From positions 5,067 through 69,066 of the IMG/VR virus record IMGVR_UViG_3300044638_001843: 64,000 bases of DNA; one strand, written 5' to 3'. Positions within the stretch are counted from its first letter, which is position 1. Every line of letters starts with the position of its first letter. Source of the DNA: a virus. Shown piece after piece: positions 29,079 to 38,856 of this stretch. A program made the position numbers and the translations under genes. The notes beneath the pieces are model-generated. The model was not told the origin of the DNA and searched no databases. It saw only the letters and a program-made list of their open reading frames with translations.

Positions 29079-31964
29079 ATGCCGTTTATCAGACTTCCTA
29101 TTAATTCACTTAGCGGTGGTGTTGGCAGACAAGCACCAACAAAACGATTGCTTTCAGAAGCACAAAACATTGATAACTGTCTGGTTACACTAGAGAAGTC
29201 TGTTGAAAAACGGCCACCACTTACTAAAGTTAGTTGTGAATCTGGTTCACCATACCTAGGTCAAACAGAGAATTCTCCGCTTAGCGTAAAGAATTCAACA
29301 CCGCTTACTAACTTCTTGGATCCTCTTGACCCAAATCAAGATGGTCCTTTAACAAACTTTAATACTGATAATTTGTTTTTCCATTTCTTGGATATAGATG
29401 GATTTAATCGTTATTGTATTATTATTAATAGAGCTGCTTATAAGTTTGATCCCGTTGCTGTAAATAGTTTTCACTATGAACCTGCTGGATTTGGTGTAGC
29501 TATTGATATTAAGTTAGATGATTTTATTTCTGTTTATAGAATTGAACCAACCGAGTGGATTAAGGAAACAGTAGACAATAGCGCAGGAATAAATAATACA
29601 AGTGGATTTAACCGAAGTGTATTTGAGTACTTAACATTTGGTAATAAAACTGGTCTTGCTTCTTATAAAATGGCAAACCAAGAAATTCAAATATCAAGCT
29701 CTACTCCGATGAAAGATACATTTGGTGCTATTGATTATGATGTTGGTATTATTCTATGGAATAAACTAGTTCCATTGGATTTTATGCCTAACAATGCAAG
29801 CTTAGAATCTAGTGGTGTTGGTTTTAAAAGCCCCAGTTTTTATTCAAACATTCCTAACAATGAATATATTCACTCTGGAGATGTAATTAATTATAAGATT
29901 TCTGCTAGGCCACCTGCTTACAATGGTGCAAATGTTGCAGAACCAGCCATCCAAGAAGATATATTAGGTTCATTTGATATTAATGGTGATTTTATTGAGA
30001 ATCCTTTTTATTGGGATAATGTTAGAGATGATATTATATTTGAAGTAGATGCATCAAATGAGTTATATGAAGAAGTTGAAAAAGGACAAAGTAGAGAAAA
30101 CTTTGGTAACATACCACAGATAGTTTCTTTAGGTTCAGATAATAATATATCTCAAGCAGTCAAGGACCCAAACGGCTGGCAGGCTGTAAGAATGTTCCAC
30201 CATTATTTAGATAATCCACGGAATATTCCTATTCCATTGGTTGATGGTATTGAAGTAATTGACTGGACTAAAGATCACTATCATAGAACATCACCACTTC
30301 CTCAAGAAGACCGTGATGGAGAAACAAGTTACTGGGGATTTGGTAAGGTGTTCAATGCTAGAAGCCCATACCTTACATTCCCCGCTGGTTTCTATAGAGC
30401 AACCAGATATAAGAAGAATCCTTACTTTGAGCGTGTAAGATCTGAAGGTCCAAATACAGTATTTGATCACAGAAGATTCCCCTTAATTATTTATAAGGAT
30501 ACCGCTACAGATGGACAGTGGCGTGTCAAGCACTTACCTTTATTCCCACGACGATCTGGAACATCCTTAAATAATCCAGGTCCATCCTGTGTTAATAAAA
30601 AAGAAAAGATTCAGTCTATGGCTATTTGGAAAAATAGATTATGGTTTGCTACTAATAATAATCTATTAGCTAGTAAAACTAATTCTTTCTTTAACTTTTG
30701 GATTGATGATGTTAATAACATAACAGAGACAGATCCTATTGATATTCAAGCAAGCGTTGGATCCTACAACAAGCTAAGTCATATTGTACCATATCAGAAT
30801 ATCATGCTTGCCCTTAGCTCTGGATCTACTCAGTTTGAAGTTCGTGGTGGATCTTTAGATACCAACATATCTGCATTTAATGTAGAGTTTAGACCTACAT
30901 CTTACTTCAGTACTTCCAAGCTAGTTGCTCCCCAAAAGATGGCAACAAGTATTTTCTTTATGGATAATGGGAAAAGCTATCTTTATGTTTCTGGTGGATC
31001 AATGGGAGATGAGTATTCAACCAGTCAAGATGTAAGCTTCCATTGTAGGGGATACTTGCCAGATGCTATCTCAGCAATTACTGCAAGCTCAGCTACAAAT
31101 TCTATATTTGCCGTAGACAGTGCAAATAAAAATGAAATATATGTTCATACCTTTAGAGTTAATAATAATGCAATAGCTCAAAATGCATTCCATAGGTGGA
31201 TTCTATCTGAAAATGATAAGGTTGTTGCTATGAATACTTATGAAAAGGATATGTACATTATTTCTAGAAGACAGACTTCAAGCCTAAGTCCATCTGAAGG
31301 ATTGGCTGTTTACTATGTATCCTTAGAGTCTGTTCCAGTAACCACACCCATGATAGATTGGTTACAGAAGATTGAATCACCAAGTATTTTCTATGATTCA
31401 ATTTCTGAAGAATCTACAATTACCTTACCCGTATATGACCCATTAATTGATTATGTAGTCCTTCACGAAGATTGGGGTAATGATGCCTATAATGCCTATG
31501 AGGTTACAGAAAACTTTGCTGATCCTATTACTGGTCAAACCAAAATCAAGGTTACTGGTGATATATCAGAAAACGCCGTTTGGATAGGTAGATCTTATTT
31601 AATGAATGTTGAGCTATCTCCACTGATTGCTAGATCATCAGATGATTCTTCATCTGTTAGCGAAGGTGTGTTAAATATTAAGAGACTGACAACTAGGCAC
31701 TTTAATACAGGTAACTATGATGTTATAATTGCAAGGAAGAATAGAGCTCAGTCTGTTACAACCTTCAATCCATTGGATCTTAATAATCCTTTAACACCAA
31801 TAGGTAATCTAAAGATATCAGAAGTTGGGGAGCACTTTACTAAGGTTCTTGCGTTCTCAGAAAACCTCAGTATTTTTATACAATCACCCTACCCAACACC
31901 ATGTAATATAACAAATATCGAAGTACTTGGTACATTTAGACCAAGAAATACCAGTATTGAATAA
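29079..31964 (+). CDS. Tail tubular protein B (T7 gp12-like nozzle)
   Basis: INSLSGGVGRQ, KRPP, WKNRLWF, DPIDI, QNAFHRW motifs. Confidence 0.88.
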   Translation: MPFIRLPINSLSGGVGRQAPTKRLLSEAQNIDNCLVTLEKSVEKRPPLTKVSCESGSPYLGQTENSPLSVKNSTPLTNFLDPLDPNQDGPLTNFNTDNLFFHFLDIDGFNRYCIIINRAAYKFDPVAVNSFHYEPAGFGVAIDIKLDDFISVYRIEPTEWIKETVDNSAGINNTSGFNRSVFEYLTFGNKTGLASYKMANQEIQISSSTPMKDTFGAIDYDVGIILWNKLVPLDFMPNNASLESSGVGFKSPSFYSNIPNNEYIHSGDVINYKISARPPAYNGANVAEPAIQEDILGSFDINGDFIENPFYWDNVRDDIIFEVDASNELYEEVEKGQSRENFGNIPQIVSLGSDNNISQAVKDPNGWQAVRMFHHYLDNPRNIPIPLVDGIEVIDWTKDHYHRTSPLPQEDRDGETSYWGFGKVFNARSPYLTFPAGFYRATRYKKNPYFERVRSEGPNTVFDHRRFPLIIYKDTATDGQWRVKHLPLFPRRSGTSLNNPGPSCVNKKEKIQSMAIWKNRLWFATNNNLLASKTNSFFNFWIDDVNNITETDPIDIQASVGSYNKLSHIVPYQNIMLALSSGSTQFEVRGGSLDTNISAFNVEFRPTSYFSTSKLVAPQKMATSIFFMDNGKSYLYVSGGSMGDEYSTSQDVSFHCRGYLPDAISAITASSATNSIFAVDSANKNEIYVHTFRVNNNAIAQNAFHRWILSENDKVVAMNTYEKDMYIISRRQTSSLSPSEGLAVYYVSLESVPVTTPMIDWLQKIESPSIFYDSISEESTITLPVYDPLIDYVVLHEDWGNDAYNAYEVTENFADPITGQTKIKVTGDISENAVWIGRSYLMNVELSPLIARSSDDSSSVSEGVLNIKRLTTRHFNTGNYDVIIARKNRAQSVTTFNPLDLNNPLTPIGNLKISEVGEHFTKVLAFSENLSIFIQSPYPTPCNITNIEVLGTFRPRNTSIE

Positions 31965-31973
31965 GGAGAAACA

Positions 31974-34900
31974 ATGCCCTGCTACAGTTACAGTGACGGT
32001 AATCCCGTATTTTATGCCGACAACATAGAAAAAGTTTATTCAGCTAGTGGAGCAACTTACTCCTTTTCAGACATCAACTGGATTTGTGAGTTTCCTGTTA
32101 CTTCCCAGCTAAAGGTTTATACTAGAGCTTCTGCTGGAGCTGAAGAGACTCAGTTAATTGAAAATACAGACTATGTTTTTGATGTAGACAATAACAATAT
32201 TGTTTTCAATACTGCTCCAACATCAGGTCAGGTTGTTATTAGAAGAAGTACACCATCTGATAGAATGCTATTTAGGTTTGTAGATGGTGCTAAGCTTACA
32301 GCAGAGCAGCTTAACACTTCTTTCCACCAACTTTTGTTTGCCATACAGGAAAAAGAATTTGCAAGCGATAAGATTTCATACTTTTCAACTGGTGGTCTTA
32401 CTGTAGAAGGTGGTGTTAGTCCTTTAGTTTTCGATTTAGATAGTATTGCTATTGGTGATACTTTAATATGGCAGGGTGATAAGTTTGTTCCTGGTTCCAG
32501 TGGTGGCGGTGGTGGAAGCAGTACATTCCTTCCAGTCCTTACAGCTCCAATTGAAGCTGGTAGTATCTTGGTTGTAAGTGGAACTCCTTTGCAATGGCGC
32601 AATGTTGTTCCTACAGTAGATATTACAGTAGATAATCTTATCTTTAAGGATCGTGTATTCTATAAGAATAGAACTATTGGTAATGACTTATCATATACTT
32701 CTGATTCTACAAGTATTAATGTTAGCAGTAAATCTTTCTTAACAAGATTTAAGTCTGCTTCACCAGGATTACAGTGGGTTCTTTTAGATGCTCCTACTGG
32801 ATACCATTTAGTTAAGACACTAATACCAGCGGGGCAAGACCATCAAGACCCAGAAGAATGGTTTAACTGGGTACAAGAAACTTTAGATGATATTGCAATT
32901 GATAGTGGTAACCCAACCAAGATGAAATTCTATTGGAATATTGGGTTAAACCGTCAGGATTATAAATCAGATGCCTCAGCTGTAGAAGTAAATACAGATG
33001 GCATATGGAAAAACACTAGAAATAATCCTTTAAACTGCCAGAATACTCAATTCTGGGATCACCCATGTGAGCTTTACTCTCCTTATGGATATGTTCACTA
33101 TAAGTTATTTGGCGATCCAGCAAATGCTCCGTTTACCACAAACGAAACCCAATGGATATCTTCTATCGTAGAGAGTATTGATGGCACAATCACTGATCTT
33201 TTAGGAGTACAGTATACAGGAGTTACAACCTGGAGATATGATAGCCCCTGGTCTTATGGTTTAGCTAGAACAAAGGCTGGTTTAATACAACTAGACCCCA
33301 CTGATTTTGATTTGGATGATCCTAATAATACCACTTTAGATCATCATTCAAAGGTTTACGGTTACGGTATTAAGGCTTTTTATCTAAGCATTCCACAATG
33401 CACCACCTCTACACTTAAGTTACCAGTATTCTTATCTGGAACAGATGATTACTTCCATTTAGATGAAACTGAAGGTGGTGTGGCTGAGAGTACAGTAGTT
33501 GATGCTATTAATGCTTTAGGTTCTTCTTGGTCACCGAGTGATCCACAAACAAATTTGGCTGTAGGCACACCAAGAACATATTGTGATTTTTATTTACTTG
33601 GGTTACGCGATTTAGCTTTTGCCGGATCTAGATTATTATATCAATTTAATAACGATGTAGACTTAGAAACTAAACGGGCTAGAGATACATTAAGTAGATA
33701 CTATAAAGCAGGCGCAATAAAGGCAGATTATTCTGGTTGGAATACTTTAACTACTTCTTTCTTTGGTGAAACTGGATTTAAAAGACTAGAAATACCTAGT
33801 GAAGATATTAAACCAATTACCTTTAAGATTCCAGAGCAAATAATTTACTACAATGAAATTGCACTGGCACTTGGAATGAGTCCTTCTTCAACAACTGTTG
33901 ATGATTGTAAGAAAAATGTTAGATTCCAGGGTCTTTCAAGAAACTATATTACAATCTATGACGATCCATCTCCTAGTGCGCAACAATACAATGATGTTAG
34001 GGGAAAAAGATATACTTCAGCTACACTGGCTGAATCGCCCAGTAATGGTTTGGTTGATGCTGGTGGTTACTACTTTAAAGCAGATAGTTTTTGGGAAGAT
34101 TGGTGTACGGAGTGGTCTGAAGACATTTTGCCTAATCCACTCCATGTAAGAAATGTAACAAATAATTTTTATAATGAAGCCTGTATTGATTGGTTTGTAA
34201 CAGAAACAAACCTAAGTTCTCTTACTGGAATTTCTGTCACTAGTCCAAGTACTAATTCTTATTATAATACCTGGAATACAATGCCCACCCTATCTAATAT
34301 ATCTGCTACAGCTGGGCAGTTATCAAATATAAAGGGTAAATACTTTGTACCCTGGTTATATAGACCAAATGAATTACATGTTGATGCTGCTACAGCCCCA
34401 CCAACAAGTGGATTTCATATTAATGATGATAAAGGATACCAAGGAACACACCTTTTAAACATTGACGCTAACTGTTTATTCTCACAGGCTTCTAACTTTA
34501 TTCCAGACCCTGTAGATGAGTATGTATTTAGAATTGTTTCTAAGGGTGAAATAGCTTCTTTGGTTAGGGATCCATCTAAAGATGTATTAAACAGTGCTGT
34601 TGTTTTAGAGTGGGGTCTTAACAATCAACCAACATCTGGAACAACCCAAGTACTTACTAATATTGAAGATATATTTGCAGATTCTTCTGATATCGAAGCT
34701 CTTAGAGCATCTTCAAGATATGATTATTCTAAGTTAAAAGTATATATTAAAAATGAACAAATAGAGAATCATGGTGGTACTTTTAGATATGTTATAACTC
34801 TTGCTATTCAAACACCAAGAATTAAATCAATTGGTTATTCAAAAGTATTTAGAAGATTTACATCACAGAATTTAAGTTTAGATTACCCAAATTGGGATGA

Positions 34901-35258
34901 TAATGGAACTGATTCTGAAAAAGATGGTGGTCCCTGGAACTTTAGTTTAATAGACTTTAGGAATACATCTACAAGTACTGGCAATGCACTTTATACTGAA
35001 GGTTCTTTTGATGCTGATACTGTATCTTTTGGAGAAGGTACAATGGATTCAGTTGAAGGTAATTTAGGAACTACTAGAATTTCTTCAATTGCTCCTATGA
35101 TTTCTGGTAGAAATGAATGTGCAGTTAAGTTTACAAGAGCTGGTATTCCTGGTAATCTATGGATTAGATTGTCTGTACTTACATCAGATGCTTGTGAGCC
35201 ATTGCTTGTTGGATTAGATCCAGACAATCTTAACTTTAGTGAGTTTACAGAGGAGTAA
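31974..35258 (+). CDS. Tail fibre/spike with T7 gp17-like N-terminal adaptor
   Basis: FNTAPTSGQVVIRRST...FVDGAKLTAEQLN...QLLFAIQE. Confidence 0.85.
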   Translation: MPCYSYSDGNPVFYADNIEKVYSASGATYSFSDINWICEFPVTSQLKVYTRASAGAEETQLIENTDYVFDVDNNNIVFNTAPTSGQVVIRRSTPSDRMLFRFVDGAKLTAEQLNTSFHQLLFAIQEKEFASDKISYFSTGGLTVEGGVSPLVFDLDSIAIGDTLIWQGDKFVPGSSGGGGGSSTFLPVLTAPIEAGSILVVSGTPLQWRNVVPTVDITVDNLIFKDRVFYKNRTIGNDLSYTSDSTSINVSSKSFLTRFKSASPGLQWVLLDAPTGYHLVKTLIPAGQDHQDPEEWFNWVQETLDDIAIDSGNPTKMKFYWNIGLNRQDYKSDASAVEVNTDGIWKNTRNNPLNCQNTQFWDHPCELYSPYGYVHYKLFGDPANAPFTTNETQWISSIVESIDGTITDLLGVQYTGVTTWRYDSPWSYGLARTKAGLIQLDPTDFDLDDPNNTTLDHHSKVYGYGIKAFYLSIPQCTTSTLKLPVFLSGTDDYFHLDETEGGVAESTVVDAINALGSSWSPSDPQTNLAVGTPRTYCDFYLLGLRDLAFAGSRLLYQFNNDVDLETKRARDTLSRYYKAGAIKADYSGWNTLTTSFFGETGFKRLEIPSEDIKPITFKIPEQIIYYNEIALALGMSPSSTTVDDCKKNVRFQGLSRNYITIYDDPSPSAQQYNDVRGKRYTSATLAESPSNGLVDAGGYYFKADSFWEDWCTEWSEDILPNPLHVRNVTNNFYNEACIDWFVTETNLSSLTGISVTSPSTNSYYNTWNTMPTLSNISATAGQLSNIKGKYFVPWLYRPNELHVDAATAPPTSGFHINDDKGYQGTHLLNIDANCLFSQASNFIPDPVDEYVFRIVSKGEIASLVRDPSKDVLNSAVVLEWGLNNQPTSGTTQVLTNIEDIFADSSDIEALRASSRYDYSKLKVYIKNEQIENHGGTFRYVITLAIQTPRIKSIGYSKVFRRFTSQNLSLDYPNWDDNGTDSEKDGGPWNFSLIDFRNTSTSTGNALYTEGSFDADTVSFGEGTMDSVEGNLGTTRISSIAPMISGRNECAVKFTRAGIPGNLWIRLSVLTSDACEPLLVGLDPDNLNFSEFTEE

Positions 35259-35262
35259 TAAT

Positions 35263-35526
35263 ATGAAAGACGAAAAACCAAATGTTTCATCAGTAATTCA
35301 GTGGATTCAATTGGTAGTTCTTAGTGTTGGTGTTGGTGGATTCTTTGTTGATATTGGTAAACGAACACAACAACTTGACAAGCAGAATCAAGATTTATTA
35401 GAACTAAAGGTTATTGTCCAAGATCTAGTCAAAGCCCAGATTCAAATTTCATCTAATGATGCTACACATAAAGCCATGTTAGATGATCTTAAATCACGGG
35501 TTGTAGAACTAGAAAGAAGGCGATAA
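35263..35526 (+). CDS. Membrane-anchored coiled-coil protein (possible lysis protein)
   Basis: AGGAG RBS; one N-terminal hydrophobic helix plus coiled coil. Confidence 0.55.
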   Translation: MKDEKPNVSSVIQWIQLVVLSVGVGGFFVDIGKRTQQLDKQNQDLLELKVIVQDLVKAQIQISSNDATHKAMLDDLKSRVVELERRR

Positions 35527-36071
35527 TGAATAGACTAATACTACTTTTTTGTTTATTATTTACTGTAGGCTGTAAATCACCTACTGCTCAGATTGCTAAG
35601 GATGCTAATCAAGTATCTAGTTTAGCTCAATCTTCTAAAGAAAGGTTTGTTAGGATTGATGAAGCCACAAAAACCGAGGTTATAGATGTTGCGTCGATTC
35701 AGTCAGAATGTTCTGACGGGATCAATGAACAAGATACTATAGTTGGTTTAACAAAGTCTACATTAGTTGCGTTAACTAAAGTAGAAGACGAGGTTCCTTG
35801 GTGGGCTAGTTTATTATCTTATATAATGGTAGCACTTAGTATCCTAGCTATATGCTTTATACTATGGTATACTGGGTTAGGAACATTACTTAAGAGTATA
35901 TTCTATTCTTTAGGTTTATTTATTCCTAAAGCTAAACTAGAGCAGGCAGAGCTAGCTAAGAAAACGCTAGACGAGTCTGATCCAGTTACCCCTAGGGAGA
36001 TGGTTGCTGCACTACGGGCATCTGATAAAGCCTTTGATGCAGCTTACACTAAATTAAGTAAGGAGAAATAA
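35526..36071 (+). CDS. Lipoprotein with C-terminal TM segment (possible unimolecular spanin)
   Basis: Signal MNRLILLFCLLFTVG-C; hydrophobic WWASLLSYIMVALSILAICFILW near C-terminus. Confidence 0.55.
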   Translation: MNRLILLFCLLFTVGCKSPTAQIAKDANQVSSLAQSSKERFVRIDEATKTEVIDVASIQSECSDGINEQDTIVGLTKSTLVALTKVEDEVPWWASLLSYIMVALSILAICFILWYTGLGTLLKSIFYSLGLFIPKAKLEQAELAKKTLDESDPVTPREMVAALRASDKAFDAAYTKLSKEK

Positions 36072-36072
36072 C

Positions 36073-36174
36073 ATGGAATCATTTTTAGGTAGTCTTTGGT
36101 TTGCTGGTATGACATTAGTTGTTGGCTATGTCCTTGGTCACATCTTCCCAATCAGCAAGTTTGGTAGCAAGTAA
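36073..36174 (+). CDS. Small membrane peptide (33 aa)
   Basis: AAGGAG RBS; MESFLGSLWFAGMTLVVGYVLGHIFPISKFGSK. Confidence 0.55.
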   Translation: MESFLGSLWFAGMTLVVGYVLGHIFPISKFGSK

Positions 36175-36175
36175 T

Positions 36176-36397
36176 ATGAAAGATCAACTTAGCAAGCTCC
36201 AGGAACTGCTAATTAGCCGTTTAATTGCTGACTTTGGCGATGAGGCTAAGTGTACTCCTGGTTTTTATACCGTAGTTCGCGGTATCCTTAGTGATCATAA
36301 GGATCAGGTCAATAAGATTCCTAGCGAGTCTATTGAAGCCGTAGAACTAGCCATGAAAAACGCAGCACCATTCAAAATGAATAAGGCTGCTTACTGA
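36176..36397 (+). CDS. Terminase small subunit (T7 gp18-like), putative
   Basis: Size, helical character and position immediately upstream of large terminase. Confidence 0.6.
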   Translation: MKDQLSKLQELLISRLIADFGDEAKCTPGFYTVVRGILSDHKDQVNKIPSESIEAVELAMKNAAPFKMNKAAY

Positions 36398-36409
36398 TAG
36401 GAGATAAGG

Positions 36410-38074
36410 ATGCGTGTTCCCCAGGAAGTAATTGACGATTTTAGAAATCACTTATACTTTTGTTTTAAACATCTTGGACTGGGAGAACCAACACGAATCC
36501 AATATGAGTTAGCCAGACAAATACAAGAGGGTCCCGATGATCAGATTATTGCGGCAGGCCGTGGTACTGGTAAATCTACCATTACTGCTTGCTTGGCTAG
36601 TTGGGAATGGTTAAAGAATCCCAACTGCACCTTCCTTGTATTGTCCAATACTCAGGGCAAAGCCATTGACTTTGTTTCTCAGGCTAGAAAAATTCTATCT
36701 GTTGTTCCTTATTGTGTACATCTAATCCCCGGAGATACAGATAAGGACAATGCCCTTGGTTTTAATGTAGCCATTAGAACCAAGTTTACACAGGACTTGA
36801 GTTGTGCTGCCCGAGGTATTACAGGGCAGATTACAGGTCTTCACGCTGATCGTATTATCCTAGATGATATTGAGATTGCGGGTAAGAATGAGACTCCCAT
36901 TGGTAAGGAGAACTTACTCAAGAAGTTAAATGAACTTGAATCTATACGCAATAAGCCATCTAGGGTTATTTTCCTAGGAACACCCCATTATCAGGACTCT
37001 ATTTACAATGTCCTTAAGGGTTCTTACCCCATGATTAAGTACCCAGCAGAAATGCCAAATACAACCGTACCCCATGAAGTCGAGGACGTGGCTCCCTGGG
37101 TCCTAGACTTGGATATAGAGCCAGGGGACGCTACACAGCCAGAGAGGTTCGACCGAACCGAGCTAGCCGCCAGACAGGCTAAAATGGGGCCTAGTGCCTA
37201 TGCCCTCCAGTACCGTCTAATTACAAGCCTAGCTGATGCTGATAGATACCCACTTAAGTTACGGGACCTACTAGTTATAGATATAGACCCGGAAGTAGGG
37301 CCTGATAGATTGGTATGGCAGGGGCAGAATGGATTACAGGGTATGCCTATGTTTGGAATTTCGGGTGACTTAATTCCAGAGCCAATGCATGTGTCTAGTT
37401 CGTATATGCCGTGGCAGCATATGCATCTAACCATAGATCCTTCCGGTAGAGGCACAGATCAAACCGGAGTTTGTATAGCCTCTGTTCTAAGTGGTATGAT
37501 ATTTGTACATGAGCTTCTTGGAATAGAAGGTGGGTACAGTGATGCTACTTTATTAAAGATTGCAAAGCTAGTAAAGGAATATAAAATACCATTAGTTCGT
37601 GTTGAGTCTAACTTTGGTGATGGCTTGTTTACTAAGGTATTAATTCCATTTTTAATAGAGCACTGTGGTAAGGTTGGAGTAGAAGAATTCAAAGTAACTG
37701 GACAAAAGGAACTAAGAATCATAGAAACTCTTGAACCTGTCATGGCTATGCATAGATTAGTTATAGCCCGAAAGGCAATTAAAGATGAACAAAACCAAAT
37801 CCAACTTACAAGGTTGCATCGGGGTCGTGGTGCTTTACGCCATGATGACCGTGTTGATGCTTTATCTGCTGCTGTAGATTTTTATAAAAGCCATATGTCA
37901 ATGGATACTGAAAAAACAGCCAAGGATTTAGAAAAGAAAGCTTGGCAAAAGAGAGTAAAGAATTGGGCTGAGAACTTTAGAGCTGGTGACTATTATCCTA
38001 ATAGCGGAGCTACTAAATTAATTGCAACCAATCATAAACCTAAAAAGAAAGGTAAAAGTCAATGGGGATGGTAA
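36410..38074 (+). CDS. Terminase large subunit (T7 gp19-like)
   Basis: AGRGTGKS Walker A, ITGQITG, ILDDIE, LGTP, IDPSGRG, ESNFGDG, HDDRVDAL. Confidence 0.96.
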   Translation: MRVPQEVIDDFRNHLYFCFKHLGLGEPTRIQYELARQIQEGPDDQIIAAGRGTGKSTITACLASWEWLKNPNCTFLVLSNTQGKAIDFVSQARKILSVVPYCVHLIPGDTDKDNALGFNVAIRTKFTQDLSCAARGITGQITGLHADRIILDDIEIAGKNETPIGKENLLKKLNELESIRNKPSRVIFLGTPHYQDSIYNVLKGSYPMIKYPAEMPNTTVPHEVEDVAPWVLDLDIEPGDATQPERFDRTELAARQAKMGPSAYALQYRLITSLADADRYPLKLRDLLVIDIDPEVGPDRLVWQGQNGLQGMPMFGISGDLIPEPMHVSSSYMPWQHMHLTIDPSGRGTDQTGVCIASVLSGMIFVHELLGIEGGYSDATLLKIAKLVKEYKIPLVRVESNFGDGLFTKVLIPFLIEHCGKVGVEEFKVTGQKELRIIETLEPVMAMHRLVIARKAIKDEQNQIQLTRLHRGRGALRHDDRVDALSAAVDFYKSHMSMDTEKTAKDLEKKAWQKRVKNWAENFRAGDYYPNSGATKLIATNHKPKKKGKSQWGW

Positions 38075-38841
38075 AAGAATTTATTGCTTCAGTGTTGTTT
38101 ATTTCTATTATTTCACTTGTTAATTATTTATTCCCTTCAGAAAATCTTTGCTTCTTGCCTATTGCCCTTGGAGCTATGTCATTAGCTCAGGGTGTTATGG
38201 GTGGTATGGCAGCAAGTGCAAAAGCAGAAAGAGAAAATGAAGAAGCCCTAGCTAAATGGGGTGCAGCAACTGTACAGAAAGCTTGGAATAATTCTAAAGC
38301 TCAGCTAGAAGCCGTACAGCAGTTTGAAAACCAACTTAAAAAGAATAGACAAATATCCGAAACAGCTTTTGCTTATAACTATGATGCAATGGGTGCTGCA
38401 AAAGTTGCTAATACAATGAAGCAAGAACAAACATATAATCTTGCAGCCGCTCAAAGAGCCGCTTTAACTTCTTCTGTTGGTGCTAGAGGTTTAGCTGCTA
38501 AATCAGGATCTACTACAGCTATGTTAATGGCTCAAGCCAAGTCTTTGATGGAAGAAAATGGTAGACAAGAAATGGAATTTGCCCAGCAAGTTAAGAATAT
38601 CAATACCCAAACCAAGAATATGTTGAACAATCGAACAGAGAATGTATTTATTGCTGACTTCCAGGGTTATGATGCAGCTCCACAGCTACAGGATACTGGT
38701 TCTCCATTAGTTGCTGGCATTATGTCTGGTGTTTCTGGAGCATTTGGTGGTATGTTAACTGGTGCAAACCTTTCTAATGCTATGGGTAGTGGTGGTATAG
38801 GTGGATTGTTTGGTATGAGTGGTGGTATTTTAGGAACATAA
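38062..38841 (+). CDS. Internal virion protein (gp14-like)
   Basis: Ala/Gln-rich helical protein with Gly-rich hydrophobic termini; precedes large internal proteins; start uncertain. Confidence 0.65.
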   Translation: MGMVKEFIASVLFISIISLVNYLFPSENLCFLPIALGAMSLAQGVMGGMAASAKAERENEEALAKWGAATVQKAWNNSKAQLEAVQQFENQLKKNRQISETAFAYNYDAMGAAKVANTMKQEQTYNLAAAQRAALTSSVGARGLAAKSGSTTAMLMAQAKSLMEENGRQEMEFAQQVKNINTQTKNMLNNRTENVFIADFQGYDAAPQLQDTGSPLVAGIMSGVSGAFGGMLTGANLSNAMGSGGIGGLFGMSGGILGT

Positions 38842-38856
38842 ACCTGGAGGTTAATA

